Below are positions 13,529 to 27,474 of a stretch of DNA of 64,000 nucleotides, piece after piece. The number at the start of each line of letters is the position of its first letter. Within the stretch, counting starts at the first letter, position 1. Below the pieces are notes generated by a model. It saw only the letters and a program-made list of their open reading frames with translations, did no database searches and was not told the origin of the DNA. Origin of the DNA: Harriotta raleighana (Eukaryota); NCBI GenBank assembly GCA_050575255.1, contig JBNZDD010013686.1, positions 62,001 through 126,000 of the forward strand. Direction: 5' to 3'. The position numbers and the translations under genes are program-made.

Positions 13529-14704
13529 CTAAACAAGTCCAGGCTGCATATGGATGTGTAGTGGGTAGGGCTGAAACAAAATGTGTGGCTGTCCTTGTGC
13601 AATGTAATAATTGCTGAAGTTTCGGTCACTGACGTAAGGTGCAGGCTGGTAGAAGCAGGTGACATTGGCAGCATTTGGAATGATGTTCTGCTCTCCAAGC
13701 ACTCTCAGAGCCAAAAGAGTGATCATATTCAATGTTTGTCTTCTCTCATGACCCATCAAACAAACTGTGCTTTGATTCACAATTTGACGCAAAGTCATCA
13801 AGTAATCGTACTTGCTTTTCTCTTCTCCAATAAAATGGTTTTGCAGATAGGACTCAATCTTCCTTTGCTGTTCTGATACATCTGGAAAGTCAATGAAAAA
13901 CCTTGAGCACATGTAACGCTCTAAGTTTTTGATCTCCACATCAGATGCTGGTTTGAATTCTCGAACTAAGAGATTGCTGTATTTCAGCAAGCCACCGCCG
14001 CGAATTTCTTCTGGGTTCCTTGTAGCGATTAGTTTATACTTTAGATGATCCATTGCTTCTTCAAAGTCTCCATACATGCTCTCTGCTATCACCTCTGGAT
14101 GGGATTCTTCTGTCATTGTACCTTCAGAACAACTGAAGAGAAGCAGCAGTGAGTCCAGAATTATTTGGAAAGAGTCGACACTAAATTCAAACTGCCGCCT
14201 TAATGAATTGACAAATTTTAGCTCAACATTTTTCCCACTATTATTCGACAAGGAGATGAGACTCCATCGATCGTAATCATTGGAAACTTTGACCATTTTC
14301 TGAACGTATGCCTCTTTCAAAGTGAGTCTTGTGATCTTTTTCTTATTCACACCTTGAGGTAGGAAGTCTAGCAGACAATCTAAAACCACCCTCTTCACAA
14401 TTTGAAACTCTTCTTCTCCAGGTAACTCTACTCCAAAAATAATGTCAAGATCTTTGTAACAGGTTCCATTTTGCTTCACAAGGATGTGACTTGCTGTTGA
14501 GCCATTGAGACGAACATCACGGACTGTAATCCCTTTCTCTTCCAGGCGATTTTTCACAACATGAATGATGTATTTTGGTTTCACCTCTAGTGTTGGAAAA
14601 TTACCTCTTCCATGAATAGGTATCACTTGTGTCAGCACATGATCCAGACTCTTAACTTGCTCCCAACTCAGATTATTATACCTGCAATCAGGACTTTCGC
14701 CCAT
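13529..14704 (-). CDS. TENT5D: Terminal nucleotidyltransferase 5D (FAM46D), non-canonical poly(A) polymerase, 391 aa, whole CDS in one exon
   Basis: Uninterrupted ORF with TENT5/FAM46 motifs [21 protein letters not shown], catalytic YKDLDIIF and [53 protein letters not shown]. The short N-terminus ([13 protein letters not shown]), the C-terminal FQPYPLH and the neighbouring CHMP1B favour paralog D. A splice acceptor (tttcag) lies 13 nt upstream of the ATG, so the exon starts at 14717. Confidence 0.93.
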   Translation of the reverse strand: MGESPDCRYNNLSWEQVKSLDHVLTQVIPIHGRGNFPTLEVKPKYIIHVVKNRLEEKGITVRDVRLNGSTASHILVKQNGTCYKDLDIIFGVELPGEEEFQIVKRVVLDCLLDFLPQGVNKKKITRLTLKEAYVQKMVKVSNDYDRWSLISLSNNSGKNVELKFVNSLRRQFEFSVDSFQIILDSLLLLFSCSEGTMTEESHPEVIAESMYGDFEEAMDHLKYKLIATRNPEEIRGGGLLKYSNLLVREFKPASDVEIKNLERYMCSRFFIDFPDVSEQQRKIESYLQNHFIGEEKSKYDYLMTLRQIVNQSTVCLMGHERRQTLNMITLLALRVLGEQNIIPNAANVTCFYQPAPYVSDRNFSNYYIAQGQPHILFQPYPLHIHMQPGLV

Positions 14705-15402
14705 GTCAAGATTTGTTCTGAAATTTGAAAACAGTAAAATAATGCCAGTGACAAGGGAACAGGTAAAAGTGACATTTTTAGGAGTGTTGTTGTTCAGCGT
14801 CAGTTTACTATGCCAACGTCACAACATTTAAATGTGATTATTTCAATAAAGTAGATGGATCCATTTATTGTATTTGCAATGCATTGTCCATCAGATGGAT
14901 TTACTTTAGGGGACACATGACTTTGAGAAGTTAGAAATCAATGAAAAATATCTTCAAGGAGTTTCCTCTAAGAAGTAATGTGCTGTAAAAAACCATTACA
15001 TTTACACCAAGTATTGAAATTATATATTTTTTTTAATCCCCTATTTGGTCCTATTTATTGTGTTGGTAAGGTTAATAATATTCATGGTAGGAAAGTAATT
15101 CCTGAGCCCAAACTGAAAGGAAATAATGATTTTCTGGCATCATGCTGCATTATTCTGTTGGACAGCTTTAAAGTATATACTCCATACAGTAAAATGTAAT
15201 TCAATTAATTGAGCTGCACCCACAATTTCACATTAACCCAATTCGCTTTAGAAGCACCACTGAACTTGAATCTGTTAATTACATTTAATTTGCTCATGTT
15301 AATATTTCAATTGTAATTTCAAAAAAAAACATTAAACCTGCAAATTGGATTTGTCAAGAACGAGGTCAAAGCCTAAATGTTCCAAACCGAATCCTCTTGG
15401 CA

Positions 15403-15716
15403 TAATAATAATAATCCTTGCATTTGATATAGCGCTTTTCACAGTTTATCGACGTTCCAAAGCGCTTCACAGAATATACTGTAAAGTGAATCGACTGTAT
15501 ATTTGTGGGCGGAACGCGGCAGCCAATTGCGCACAGCAGCGTCCCACAGACAGTCATGGATTGAAATGACCAATTTTATTATTGTGGTTTTTTTGGAGGG
15601 ATTATTATGAGGCATGTGGAGTAAGGAAACTTGCCCAAGGTTTCGCCCTGATCTGCCTGGATTCGAACACAAGTCTCATGCTTGTAAGGCGAGTGCTCTA
15701 ACCACTGAGCCACAGC
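15403..15716 (-). mobile_element. Full-length tRNA-derived SINE in the TENT5D intron
   Basis: Reverse complement matches the 8693 and 50710 copies; A and B boxes present. Confidence 0.9.
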
Positions 15717-16864
15717 AGCTCCACAGATAATGTATGTACAGAATATAAGGGCAGTGTCAGGAGCGAGTATGAGGTTATTGGAGCTCCTTGACTGGGTGCA
15801 TTTATCACAAGCTTTCCACCCACAAAAACACTGAGACACCCCTGACAATCTGTATCTTTCGGGCAAACTACTATCTGTGTCTAAAAAAAAGAATGAAATA
15901 GAAGGTTTTCAGACGGATATTGTCCAAGCAATCCTCCCAAGCAGTCAGTGCTAGTGTTTCTACCCCACACAAACCCCCCACCACCCCCTCAACCTCCCCC
16001 ACACCTCCCTGTAATGGACCAGTAACACTAATGGTTAAAAAAAATACTAATGCGGATCCAAGAGGATCCGTCCATTGATGGAGTTGCAGCTTCTCAGTCC
16101 CAAGGCCACAGTCATTCATGCGGGACTCGAGCAATAAGACATTATTCCAGCAACGCAGGTCGCAAATTAGATTATAACAGGGAGAGGCTGTTGGGAAATG
16201 CTTTCCTTCACCGTTGACATTTCATCGTGACAAGGCTGATATTTATATATGTATACATATATATATATATATATATACAGACACACACACACACATCTAA
16301 GCTGCACCTACCTTTCCCAGGTGCAGTGTTACTTGCTTGTGCAGTATTGAATCGAATTACTTATCCAAACTAAACGACAACATGCAGCTGAAATCCTAAC
16401 CTATTATGTTTTCTCTCTCTCTCTCTCTCTCTGTATGTGTGTGTGTGTGTGTGTGTTTTACTCATCTGCATCTGGGATAAGGGTCAAAAATCCTAAAACC
16501 AGCCACAGGACTCGAGAACAGAAATACAGTACATACGAATAGGGATTGCGGCTGTTGATGTTCTCTGTATGTTCATGCAATAAGTATGTACCTTCGTTAG
16601 CTCCGACGCTTCTTTTTCTCCCTCCCTCCCACCCCCACTAAAAAAAAAATATGCTGTCAGAGGAGAAACTGTCGATGATGAGAATTGATTGTTTTGCATT
16701 CTATTTATTTCCTCCCATTTCACCCTGTTCCTTACTAAACACCCCCCCCCCCACCCACCCACCCCCCGCAGTGTTTCTGTGGAACATGTACAGAGTCATG
16801 CTAACTGCGACAATACAGTGAATCCGACATTTCCAAACTGGAAATCGTAAACAAGCAAGTGTAC

Positions 16865-16901
<37 letters not shown>

Positions 16902-16933
16902 AGTGTGTATATATATATATACACACACACTTC

Positions 16934-17097
16934 TCCAACAAGTTTGGAGAAGTGGATTGGATGCAAAGAATATTCGGGTGTCAATCCGTTTATCCGCAAC
17001 AGCTCAGGTGGGGGGGGGGGCGTGAGCTGTTGCGGATAAACGGTCCCAGACACCCGAATATTCTTTGCATCCAATCCACTTCTCCAAACTTGTTGGA
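16934..17097. repeat. Long inverted repeat (49-bp + 21-bp perfect arms)
   Basis: 16934-16982 pairs with 17049-17097; 16986-17006 pairs with 17023-17043; 16-nt G-rich loop. Confidence 0.95.
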
Positions 17098-17507
17098 TTC
17101 AGTGAATTCCTCCCTTTGCTACCCACTACCCCCCCCCCCCCCCCCCCCCCCCCCNCTCCGCCCCCATCTGGACAAAATTTCCCGGGGGTTTTCTCCCTAG
17201 AATAGAACTTCTTCACAAGAGGTTTATCGCACTGAGGTTTGAGTTCCTCTCGTCTACAGTGTTACTTTAGCAAACACCAAGGTGGGGAAGGAGGGATGGT
17301 TGGGGGCTGGAGGGTGGGGTGGGGGGCGCATTCTCTTGTGTATCTGTGTGTGTGTATGTGTGTGTCTAAAGTGATGAGATTGTGGAATTTATCTCGAAGG
17401 CATTTTGAAAGCTGCCAGACAGATCAAACAAGCCACAGTCACACACACACACAGATAAATAAACACACACACACACAGGTTTCTCCCCTCCCTCTCAATG
17501 TACTCAC

Positions 17508-17900
17508 CTGTGCTCGGGAAGGTGTGTGACACTGCTGGCAATGGTGTGTGTGTAGAGTGGCCGGGGCTTGGGGCAGATGAGACGCACAGTGCTGAAAGTT
17601 GCTGAGATTTGGGTGGATGTATGGATGCTGTAACTGTGACTGCTGGATTAAGATCTGTAGCAAACACACAATCTCTCTCTCTCTCTCTCCCTCTCCCTGC
17701 CCCTCTCTCTCTCTCTCTCTAACTGCGGCTCTGATCACTACAGTCAACTGGAAATAGACCTGGCGCTTTGGATTTCGTCTGTTGGATGTTGGATGTAAAA
17801 CTGGGACTCTTTCTCCAGCTGCCAACTAGCAAGAGTAGGTTGGTTGGGTTGGTGATGGTCTGTCTGGGTGTTGCTCTCTCTGTGTGTGTGTGTGTGTGTC
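17508..17900 (-). other. TENT5D: Probable non-coding first exon (5' UTR) of TENT5D; upstream boundary uncertain
   Basis: Strong donor CAG|GTGAGT on the - strand (intron would be 17507-14718), in a GC- and microsatellite-rich region downstream of a motif cluster at 18.2-18.4 kb. Confidence 0.45.
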
Positions 17901-18223
17901 TTAGCTGTTGTAGCTTCTAGGTCTATGAGACTCTCTCTCTCTCTCTCTGGCTGGGGAGTCTGTTTGACTGCAGGGATCTGTCCAGACAGGCAGTGGTACT
18001 GAAACCCAGCTTCTCAGTGTGTGTGTGTGTGTGTTTTCTAGTTCCCTCCTGGTATAGCGTTAAAAAAAAGCCTGTTGTCCTGGAGACGCGGGTTCGTCAG
18101 ACATTTAAGGTGGTTCTTGGACAAAAACAAATCAACGGCACTTAAAGAGTGACACAAACCGAGGTAATGTGTGTGTATGTGTGTGTGTCTCTCTCTCTCT
18201 CTCTCCCAGCACCGGCAGATAGT

Positions 18224-18356
18224 TGACTCATGTGATTCATGAGTCATTTTTTGTGTGTGTTTAAAATGGGTTTTAATGTGGATTTTGGATAAGCTGATTG
18301 CATTGGCTGGGGTTAAACGTGTGGATGTGCGTCTGCATCTAATACATATGCGTCAG
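18224..18356 (-). promoter_or_regulatory. Candidate TENT5D promoter/enhancer motif cluster
   Basis: TGACTCA (18224), TGATTCA (18233) and TGAGTCA (18240) AP-1-type sites, then GATAAG, ATTGG (CCAAT on - strand) and TGCGTCA; motif evidence only. Confidence 0.35.
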
Positions 18357-18522
18357 AAGTTCTCTCTACCTGACTCTTTTAATCAAATGGTATTTTTTTT
18401 GGAAAAAAAATAATTTAACTTGTTTGGGGGCGACTAAACGGAATCGCACACACACAACATTTTGTGTAAAGATAGATGACAAGCTTGTAGTCCAAGAAGA
18501 TCTCTTGTCATGAAACACATGG

Positions 18523-18844
18523 AATAATAATCCTTGCATTTGATATAGCGCTTTTCGTATCTTCTAGACGTCTCAAGGAGCTTCACAGAATATACTGTAA
18601 AGTGAATTGACTGTATATTTCTGGGCGAAACGCAGCAGCCAATTGCGCACAGCAGTGTCCCACAAACAGTCGTGGATTGAAATGAGCAATTTATTATCGG
18701 GTTTTATTTTTTTGGAGGGATTATTATTAGGTGTGCGGAGTAAGGAAACTTGCCCAAGGTTTCGCCCTGACCTGCCTGGATTCGAAACACAGGTCTCAAG
18801 CTTGTAAGGCGAGTGAGTGCTCTAACCACTGAGCTATGGGACTC
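18523..18844 (-). mobile_element. Full-length tRNA-derived SINE
   Basis: Same family and very similar to 15403-15716. Confidence 0.9.
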
Positions 18845-21427
18845 TATATATTGGGTGCATTTCTCAATCAGGTTCTCAATCTACTTCCCATGTTATATTG
18901 TCGGTATCTTTGGATAGGTTGCTATTTGTTAGGTTCTCACATTGGAAGAGCACCTTGAACACACACAACAACAACAATTACAACTACCACCACACAGTGC
19001 TATCATGCGCAATGTCTCTTTTTGCATTCGTTAAGTGATTCGGATCCTCCAGTGCGAGGACGTGCAAAACGTAGGTGGGTGGGGAGGGGGGGGGGGGTGA
19101 ATTTTACATTTCAAATTTCATTGGCAATAAGATCAAACATAAAAGTAAGGGGTGGGGATGGGGGTGGGTGGACTAGCCTTAAACACGATTGCAGTTTTTT
19201 AAAATTAGGATCAAAGCACAGAGTGGGGGTGAGTACATTTTAATATATATATATATATATATACACACACAAGAGAAATACACAGCTAGTGTTTTCTCTC
19301 CAATGAAACCATTTGGCACACCTTTCCTTTCACCCTCCGACAGAAATGTCAAGAGCAGCAAAGCCAATCTCCAATGCTTAACACATGACATAATATTTCA
19401 GATTAAACCTGTGCAGGAGCCCTGAGATGGGAAGGGTCGAAAGCAGCATCCAGCCAACGTCAATATTTGGTGATAAACGCTTTTGCTCAACTTTCTCCCC
19501 ACTAAAAAAAACAAAGGTTCCAGTTTCCACCTGTCTGTCAGGCTAGTCTGTCTGTGTCAGGCTGTCTGTCTGCCTGTCTATCAGCTGGCTAGCTAATAAA
19601 GACAGTTTCCAATGAATGAGGGGGTGCGATTTATCTTAAAGCAATCCCATTGCACAACCTCAACTCCAGAGGTTTTGCTATTGACTTCCTTAAGGAAAAT
19701 CTTCCTTTTATACCCACATTTCTTACCCCCCCCCCCCACCCCCCAAAAAAACAAACACGTAAATCTCTGCTGTTTGAATCAATGTAATCATCAGCTTGCA
19801 GGAGATTGGAGGGCCAGGCAGATCTGTACTCAATACAGAAGATTTGTAGACCTGGTGTTGTAAGGAACACAGTATTTTCCTTGAATCAGACTTTAGTACA
19901 ACATCGACACAAGGCGACCATTCCGTATAAACCATCCAGGTCTTTTTTTTTTAAAAAAAGGAAACTAAAGCACTGTGAAAACTTAATTTGCTTTTATCTG
20001 GAGGGAATGCAACTGAATACTGCACAGTGTTGGGTTGTTTGCGGTGGGGAGGTGTCCCCTTTCCCCATTCCTGTGATCCATCTTAATAAGCTTTAGCACA
20101 AACAGCCCCAGACACTGCAGTCATCAGAGATGCGCCTTATATCACTTCCAATCAATCTCATAGTTTAATTGCAGGTTTCTCCGGCAGTTCAAGTGTGATA
20201 AACCAACCTCCCCCCCCCCCCCACTATTTCTGGACATGTTGCGTCAGTTGTGGGGATGAATCGTCGACTTTGTGAGGAGGAAATACGCAAGTGATTCCTG
20301 ACTAACACCCGCAGTGCCTATTCATTCCCATATTCCTGATTACTTTGCAAATTCTGTCGGATACCAACTAATCCCCCACCCATTGCCCAGCGCCCCCCAC
20401 AGGCTGAGCCCTGGGTCTGAAGGTAAACACCATATGGTGCAGGCGATATATTACCAGCTTTTATTATACAGGATCCAATATCAGATTTCATCCGAATCAC
20501 ATGTCAAGGTAAACAACCCCCTTTTATCAAGAGAGGACAATTAGCCCCAAACTCTACTCTCTGGTCGTGATTTACACAGTGAAGCTTTGCTGCCTTTGAA
20601 ATTGGAAATCACTTTGAAATGTGACTGTTTGTAGAGGCATTTAATTCTGTTTGAACACCATAAAACTCTCTGGGCCGATTAATTTTTCACCCTGTATGTT
20701 TTTGCTTATCTAATTCTGAGGCTGTGTTTTATCTAAGATGACTTCAATTTGACATTAAATTCCTTTTCCAGATTGTGACTCATTTGCTTGTTTTTGTGTG
20801 TCTGTGTGTGTGTGAACGAAAGGCAATTTGAAAAGCTGATTTAAAGCATGCGGTACAGAGATGCAAAATAAATATATAAAAATGAATCTAATAAATATTC
20901 TTTGGGTAAATTCCAACTTGCTACCAATTCGCATAACGCTTTGACGATCATCAAAGTGCTGAATTAAATTGTATTTATTTTAATATTGATATGAAGGCAA
21001 TATAATTTGCTCGCTCATTTAATTCACATGTTTTGAATTATTTTGATAACTGGACACTTAAGAGTGAAGGATAGAACCACTCACTTGTAATTCATGTACA
21101 ATTACTGATTCCTAGAAAAATGCAGTGACTTTAAGATTATTAATCACAAGTCATTTTGAATTTGCTTAATCCTTAAATGAGCCATAAATATTTATTTGTT
21201 ATTTACTGAAATATGATTTTTTAAATAAACATTGATTGCATTTGTAATATTCTGTAACACGTGTTATAAAGTACCATATTAAACATATTCAAAAATAAGA
21301 TCATTATGGGGAGAGTCCTAGGGAAAATGATTAATAATATATAATTGAAGTTCAGAGAGCGCCATCTCATGGATATAATATCAGTAACAACTGGTGACAT
21401 TCATCCACTGTTACAAAATCTAATTTA

Positions 21428-21690
21428 ATAATAATAATACTTGCATTTGATCCAGCACCTTATCACGTCTCCGAGGCGACTCAAAGAGTGTCACAAAATA
21501 TGCTCTAAAGTGGATTGACTATATACTTCATGGTCGAAATGTGACAGGCAATATCGCACAGCCGTGTTCCACAAACATAATGAGTGACCAATTTTTTTAT
21601 TTTTTTTTGAAGGAATTATTACCTCCAGGAAAGCGATCCCCTGATCATCTTTCAATTGTGAAGAGTGCTCTAACCACTGAGCTACAGGCC
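21428..21690 (-). mobile_element. tRNA-derived SINE, internally deleted
   Basis: Tail and core present; head ending gagtgctctaaccactgagctaca. Confidence 0.75.
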
Positions 21691-21994
21691 TCCAGTATTT
21701 AAACATGCAATCACCATATATTTACAAGAATGGAAGAATCACTCCACTAAACCGATAAAAAGATAAATTTTCTACATGATAGCTGTGATTTACTCAAGCA
21801 TGCGACCAATTACTACTTAAGTGATTTGGAATGTGATTTGAACAAATAAATAGTAGAAACGATGAATTGATGAATAGACGTTTCACATATTTTGAGCCTA
21901 TTAAATTATTTTACCTTGAACTCCAAGAAATCACAGAATTGTGGAAAAATTTCAAATTCAGTCCTAATTTCCCCTACTTCCCCTCTTTCCACAG

Positions 21995-22310
21995 CATTAC
22001 CTGCTACCTCATCTCTACTGGGTGCAGCCACCTTCTTGTCACCCGAATCCTCCGTTCCACATTGGTGGCCATGGATTCAGCCACTACACCCCAAAACTTT
22101 GGAACTCCTTCCCTCAACCCATCGCCCCACCTCCACCTTTCCCATCTTCAGATGGCGCCGAAAGACATTTCTCTATGGCCACGCTTACAGTCACCTTTCC
22201 CCTATCCCTGGTTCAGCCTTAGGCTCTGCCATTGTTAAGTGCTTTGAGACACCACCCGGCGAGGGGGGTGGGGAGGGGGTGGCTGCTATGAAAGTGGAAA
22301 TTGTTGTAAT
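21995..22310 (+). mobile_element. L2-clade LINE 3' fragment
   Basis: ttcagccactacaccccaaaactttggaactccttccc (FSHYxPKLWNSxP) and tail aagtgctttgagac. Confidence 0.8.
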
Positions 22311-24529
22311 TCGGAAGTTGTTTCTTTTTAGGAACTGAGCAAAAACAGCTTCAAAGTTAAAGTTGTATTGAAGAATTTTCCACCTTTAGCTTCATAGGAG
22401 TATAAAGCCAACAGGATGTATTTTGTTGCTTCATATCATATTTATTGATATTCTGTTATTTACAATATTGTATAATAGCTGCACCCATAGTATATCACAC
22501 CCCGCTCAATCATCCATGAAAATAATTCTTACAGCTAAAAATCATTACTCCATTTCAAACATACTTTTAGTACAAATGCATTCCTCAATAGGAATTGATG
22601 TGTTACAGGTTCATCTCTATGTTCCGTGTGTTTTGATGGCAATAATTTTTTCAGTTAACATATGACCGATCCTCTTTTGAGTACTTATAATTTTCCCAAT
22701 TCCAGTCACAAAGCATGTATCAAATATTCCAAATCAGCATCATTTCAAAGTCAGTTAAATTAATGATTCAGCACAGTAACATACAACAGTGCTATGGCTT
22801 AATAAATTGGAGCCTTTAATCTCTGCTTGGTATGTATTGCTGTAGTGCATCAAATGGGAAACATCAAATAATAAAGATACAGCGTACAAGCTAATAGCCC
22901 AAAGTGTTTGAATGGTTGCATATTACAGGCCACGATAATATCAGGATTATACTGTATTTGCAAAGCTTTGAAGAACCAGACTGGAAAGGATATCTAAAAT
23001 TGTTATGTATATATGGTTTTCCAGTTATTCATAACCCAATTTATGAAAAATGTTTTTTATGGTAAGAGAGCAAAAGCAATAGGCAGTTATTACCACTAAC
23101 AACTCTGCAACATTCATTAATAAATAAAATAGAACTAAATTTCAGTCACTTGTTACACTGCTTTATTTCAATTCTAACTCAATTGGAAAGTTGCATTCAT
23201 GTGAACCATTTGAATACTATATTTACTAATATGTACTGAACCCTGATAAATTGAGAATAAAGTGGAAATGTAAAGGAAATACTGTCATCTCCAAATAAAA
23301 GGAAATTAATTATATTTTTTAAAACTGCGATAAATTTAAAAAGTCTAAATTACTGTAAAAAAGAAACAAACTGGCAGAAGCAAGGGTTAGCAGATTTTTG
23401 AAAAGACTATTGTTTGATTATGGATTCTATTCATATTTAGTGTTCTCTTTCAGATGCTGTTAAACCTGTTTGTTGATCTTTATCACTGATCAATGAACTG
23501 TTTTAATGCCCTTTTATTAATAGGATTTGTTTTAGGACAGTGAATGATATACTTGGTAAGAAGATTTGGATCTGGATTCAGAACCATTTTACAAGAAGGT
23601 AAAACTGAAATATAAATTAACTTTAATTTAAATTATTTACTTTGTTGTCTTTGTCTTTACTTTTATGCAACAAGCACATTCTAGTCATATCAGGACAACA
23701 ACATCATGTGTGAGGAACTTTGAAGTAAAAAAACTTTAAACTTGATGATCCTTTGAAAGTAAATCAGAATTAAAAACAAACAAAAAAAGAATTGGTTGGC
23801 TAAATGGTGGGCCACACAGTCGAACAAGACTGGTATGTTTGCCAACGATCTGAAGTGAAGAACGTGGCCTGAATATGGTTCCACCTGTAGAAAGAAATCT
23901 TGCCTCCATGAGAAATTCCTGACTCAACAGCTTAGATGAAAGCAAACACAGTTGATCGCAAATATAATTTCAGCCAGAAATCAAATGGTGTGCAATTGCC
24001 TTGTCTAAAAGATGGAAATAAAAGGTCATGATAATAGTTGGTCTCTTAATACCAAGTCAAAAATATTCCTTCCTACAGGGTAATTTGTTGTATGCTGACA
24101 CTAATCCTCTGTGGGCTGTCAGGACAGAGTATATTCCTGCAGGAAATAACCAATAATAACTGAGTTTTAGAAGTCAGCCAGAAGACTTTATTGGTTAATA
24201 AAACAGTCAAACTCAAGTAAGCACTTCAATTGCAAAACCAAATATGTGTTGTTCCTACATCTCAGTGATTCTCAGTAGAATTGCTGTCAAGAATTAGAGC
24301 ATCAGTCTGGAAGCTTTAATTTTAAACTGACAGGACTGACTGAAGATAAGAAAAGGAAACTTGCTTTCACCAAATGCAAACCCGCTAAAAGCTATTAGCC
24401 GTACCACACCTTTTAATTGTAATGAGAACTAAATGTCAACAATATTTACTTTACATTTGGAGTATAAAGACTGACTGTTACTATAGCTGAGGTTTGGAGA
24501 TTTCAGAATCAATAATAACAACGATAACA

Positions 24530-24718
24530 CTAATAATAATAATAATTCAAGCATTTAATATCGTACCTTATCATTTTGTTGAGACATCTCAAAGCACTTC
24601 ATAGAATATATTGTAAAATGTAGTGGCTGTGTTTTTGTGGGAGTTACACAGCAGCCAATTGTGCACAGCAGTATTTCATAAACAGTCATGGATCGAGTAA
24701 TCGATTTGTTTTTGAAGG
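24530..24718 (-). mobile_element. 5'-truncated tRNA-SINE
   Basis: gcagccaattgtgcacagcagt...aaacagtcatgga core and tail. Confidence 0.75.
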
Positions 24719-27474
24719 GCAAGTCCATATTTTGCATAAGACATGTTCAACACAATTTTCGGGTGAATCAATTATAAAATGTAAGAGAGGGCCTGCAGAT
24801 TGCCTCAGTCCTGGGAATGGTTAGAGAGTGTAAGCAATGCTTCCAAACATTGCAGAAGTGTGGTTCTGGTTGATGCATTAAATTAGCTAACTTATTTCAT
24901 CCTACTCCATGGTCTATATCAAATGATGTTTTCCCCCATCAGATTTGTTTCAGTGCAACACAACTGTACAAAAAACATTGCTCAATAAATGGTTAAAAAA
25001 GATCCAATAAATCTGATTTGCTTTTTGCAGCCTCCGTGATGTTATTTGGCAAGATGACTAACAAGCCAGAATGGTTTTGCTATATTTGGATGTTTGTATT
25101 GATTTACAACTCTGAAGGTCTTGTACGAAAGGATGAATTAGCCATTTTTAAAGCTGTGATCAATTATTCATGGCATATAGTAACCCTGCACCTGTTACAA
25201 TTTGAGGCCTGACAATACTGTTGTAACTCAGGATTAAATTTCACTATTGAAACCTCAGAATTGACGTCATTAACATATGTAATAAAAAATGGATTATGTC
25301 CATGACAGTGTTGTTTAGGATGAGAGGCCGGAAAACACTACAAAGTGCATCACTGTTACTGTATTTCGGAAACAGCAATTTAATTTTCCCTACTGAAAAT
25401 GAAGTGGACATCAACAGTACATAATTTCTGGCAATGCACTCACCATGTGTGCATGGAAACAGAATAAAGTGACGTATGGATAAAAACAGGCCTATGCTGA
25501 AATATGTTTTGAAGGTGGAAGCAACAAAAGAATAAAATGAGAAAAATCTAGCGTGAAAATATACATGCTGTAGAATAAACATGCCACCAACTGATAATCA
25601 TTTACCTATTATGAAACATTATACAGCAACAAACCATCTGCACTATTAATAAACAGTACGCAAGAAAGCATGGAATAGAAAAACACCATATGGTTCAACA
25701 GGTTCACTCCTTCCTGAGATAATGCAAAAACTGATCATGACCCACACCATAACATGGGGAAAGTTTTAAATAGATTCTTCTTGGTCTTGAAGAGACAATC
25801 AAGTTATATCATTAGAACATTCATCTTCCTAGTACTGTACTACACAAATTCAATTTTATTTTCAATTTCAGAATTTGTAACGTGGGTGTGTTGTAAATTT
25901 GCTGCAACATTAAGGTTGAAAGGCAAAACAATGACAAATTTATTGAATTGAACTGTTTTAATCAGTGAAACATGGGTTTGCATGAAACATTTAGACAGAG
26001 GATACAAGCTGGGGAATGCATTGAATGCTATCTTTATTAAGAGGCAGACCCATTAGGTTTTGATTTGGAGATAAATTTGTTTTAAAGATAATTTTAATCT
26101 CCGGTAAATGTAAATGAGTACAAATGGAAATAAATACCAATTATTGAAAGCTACTGCCAAGTAAAGGTCAGAAATAGAATCGAATAAAGGTAGAATTGTA
26201 GCAGATAAACCAACAGAAAATATGCATAGCTGTTCATCCATAGTTGTGGCTTGCATGGCAGTGTTTTTAATTGGATAGTTTGTGATCCAGTTCATTGGTC
26301 ACTTTGTGGTTGCGAAGAGAAATTTGTTGCCTTTCAAAAGTTCAACATATATTTTTCTGTTTGGCTCTACACTATCTGATATGAACGGAGGGTGAAAGGC
26401 AATTGCATTATGATGCAAGGTTATAAGACGTATAGGGTAACAGGATGTATGACTGAGAAATAACAGCATTTTGTTGTTATGGAATACATTAATGAACAAT
26501 TGTACAATTGACCTGTACAGTCCGACCTGCTTTTCAAGGAAACATAGGTTATGATATAATTTGTTTCAAGTGTAGAATTCAAAATCTGTATGAATTCTGA
26601 ATTACTCATTTGTATTCTAAATAGTACTTCACGTACCTGGGCATGGGAGTGATCAAGAGATGTCAACAATATACGTGAGTACTAAGCTGTGCAATGAATA
26701 ATGGGAGGTTGAAGCCCATCGATACAGCTACTGCCATTGAGCACTATATGTGAGCTATGCTCTAATATTAAATAGTACAGTATGAGGGTCAACTGGCAAA
26801 AAAGCACTCGTTAAATGTAATTTCTATGAGTCACTACTGAAATGTGTCAAAAAATGCAAAATGTATTACATTATTCTGTTGGAACTCAAAGGCTAGGAAA
26901 ATTGCTATTCCCTGAAAATTGTTAGAAGCTGTACAACAAAGCAATCAGTCTTCAAAGTATACATAAGAAAGGTACGGGGGCATTTGCACTGGTTCACTTG
27001 CCCTTGATATTGAGCACTTTCCTAGAAACCACATGCAAGTGAGAAGCCATGATCAAACCCTGGCATGTGAAAGGCCCAGTTAGTGAGATTAACAAGATCC
27101 TGGTCACCTAGCAACTGTGTAAAGTGTAGGGTATTTTTGGTCAGATGAGTGTTTTGACATATATGATTGTAATTTACAGTTTGCAGCCTAGATTGCAAAG
27201 TCCCGCAAGTGAGGCTCTGAGCTGTACTGTGCAGGGAGCTCTGTGTGATCACATTGCAATAGTCCTGCAGCGTTCCTACGGGTGAAGTGGCATCTGGATG
27301 AGACTCTGTATTGGGGACTGGTTTGAGTGAGCACCCTATCAAATCAGTTCTAGCCAGGCTTCATTGACAAACTGATTGATTTGAAGATCCTCACTTGGTT
27401 TACAAATCCCTTCATGCCCTGACCTGGGACATCCTCCTGATATGAAAGACACTGTACAAGTTTAATTTTGTTGT

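Larger units (their letters stand above)
16240..18205. repeat. Dense cluster of (TA)n, (CA)n, (CT)n, (GT)n and poly-C/G microsatellites
   Basis: Directly visible, e.g. 16255-16295, 16412-16456, 16861-16930, 17672-17720. Confidence 0.9.

Noticed and set aside
8693-15716. Inverted SINE pair flanking the TENT5D coding exon as a circRNA driver
   Set aside because: The exon is terminal with no downstream donor, and the left SINE is probably beyond the poly(A) site
17389-17825. ORFs as an N-terminal extension of TENT5D
   Set aside because: Both listed frames are out of frame with, or hit a stop before, the TENT5D ATG after splicing 17508^14717, and they are microsatellite-derived
23440-23605. Possible + strand lncRNA micro-exons (several AG/GT pairs)
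   Set aside because: Splice-like signals alone are common in AT-rich DNA; no frame or other support
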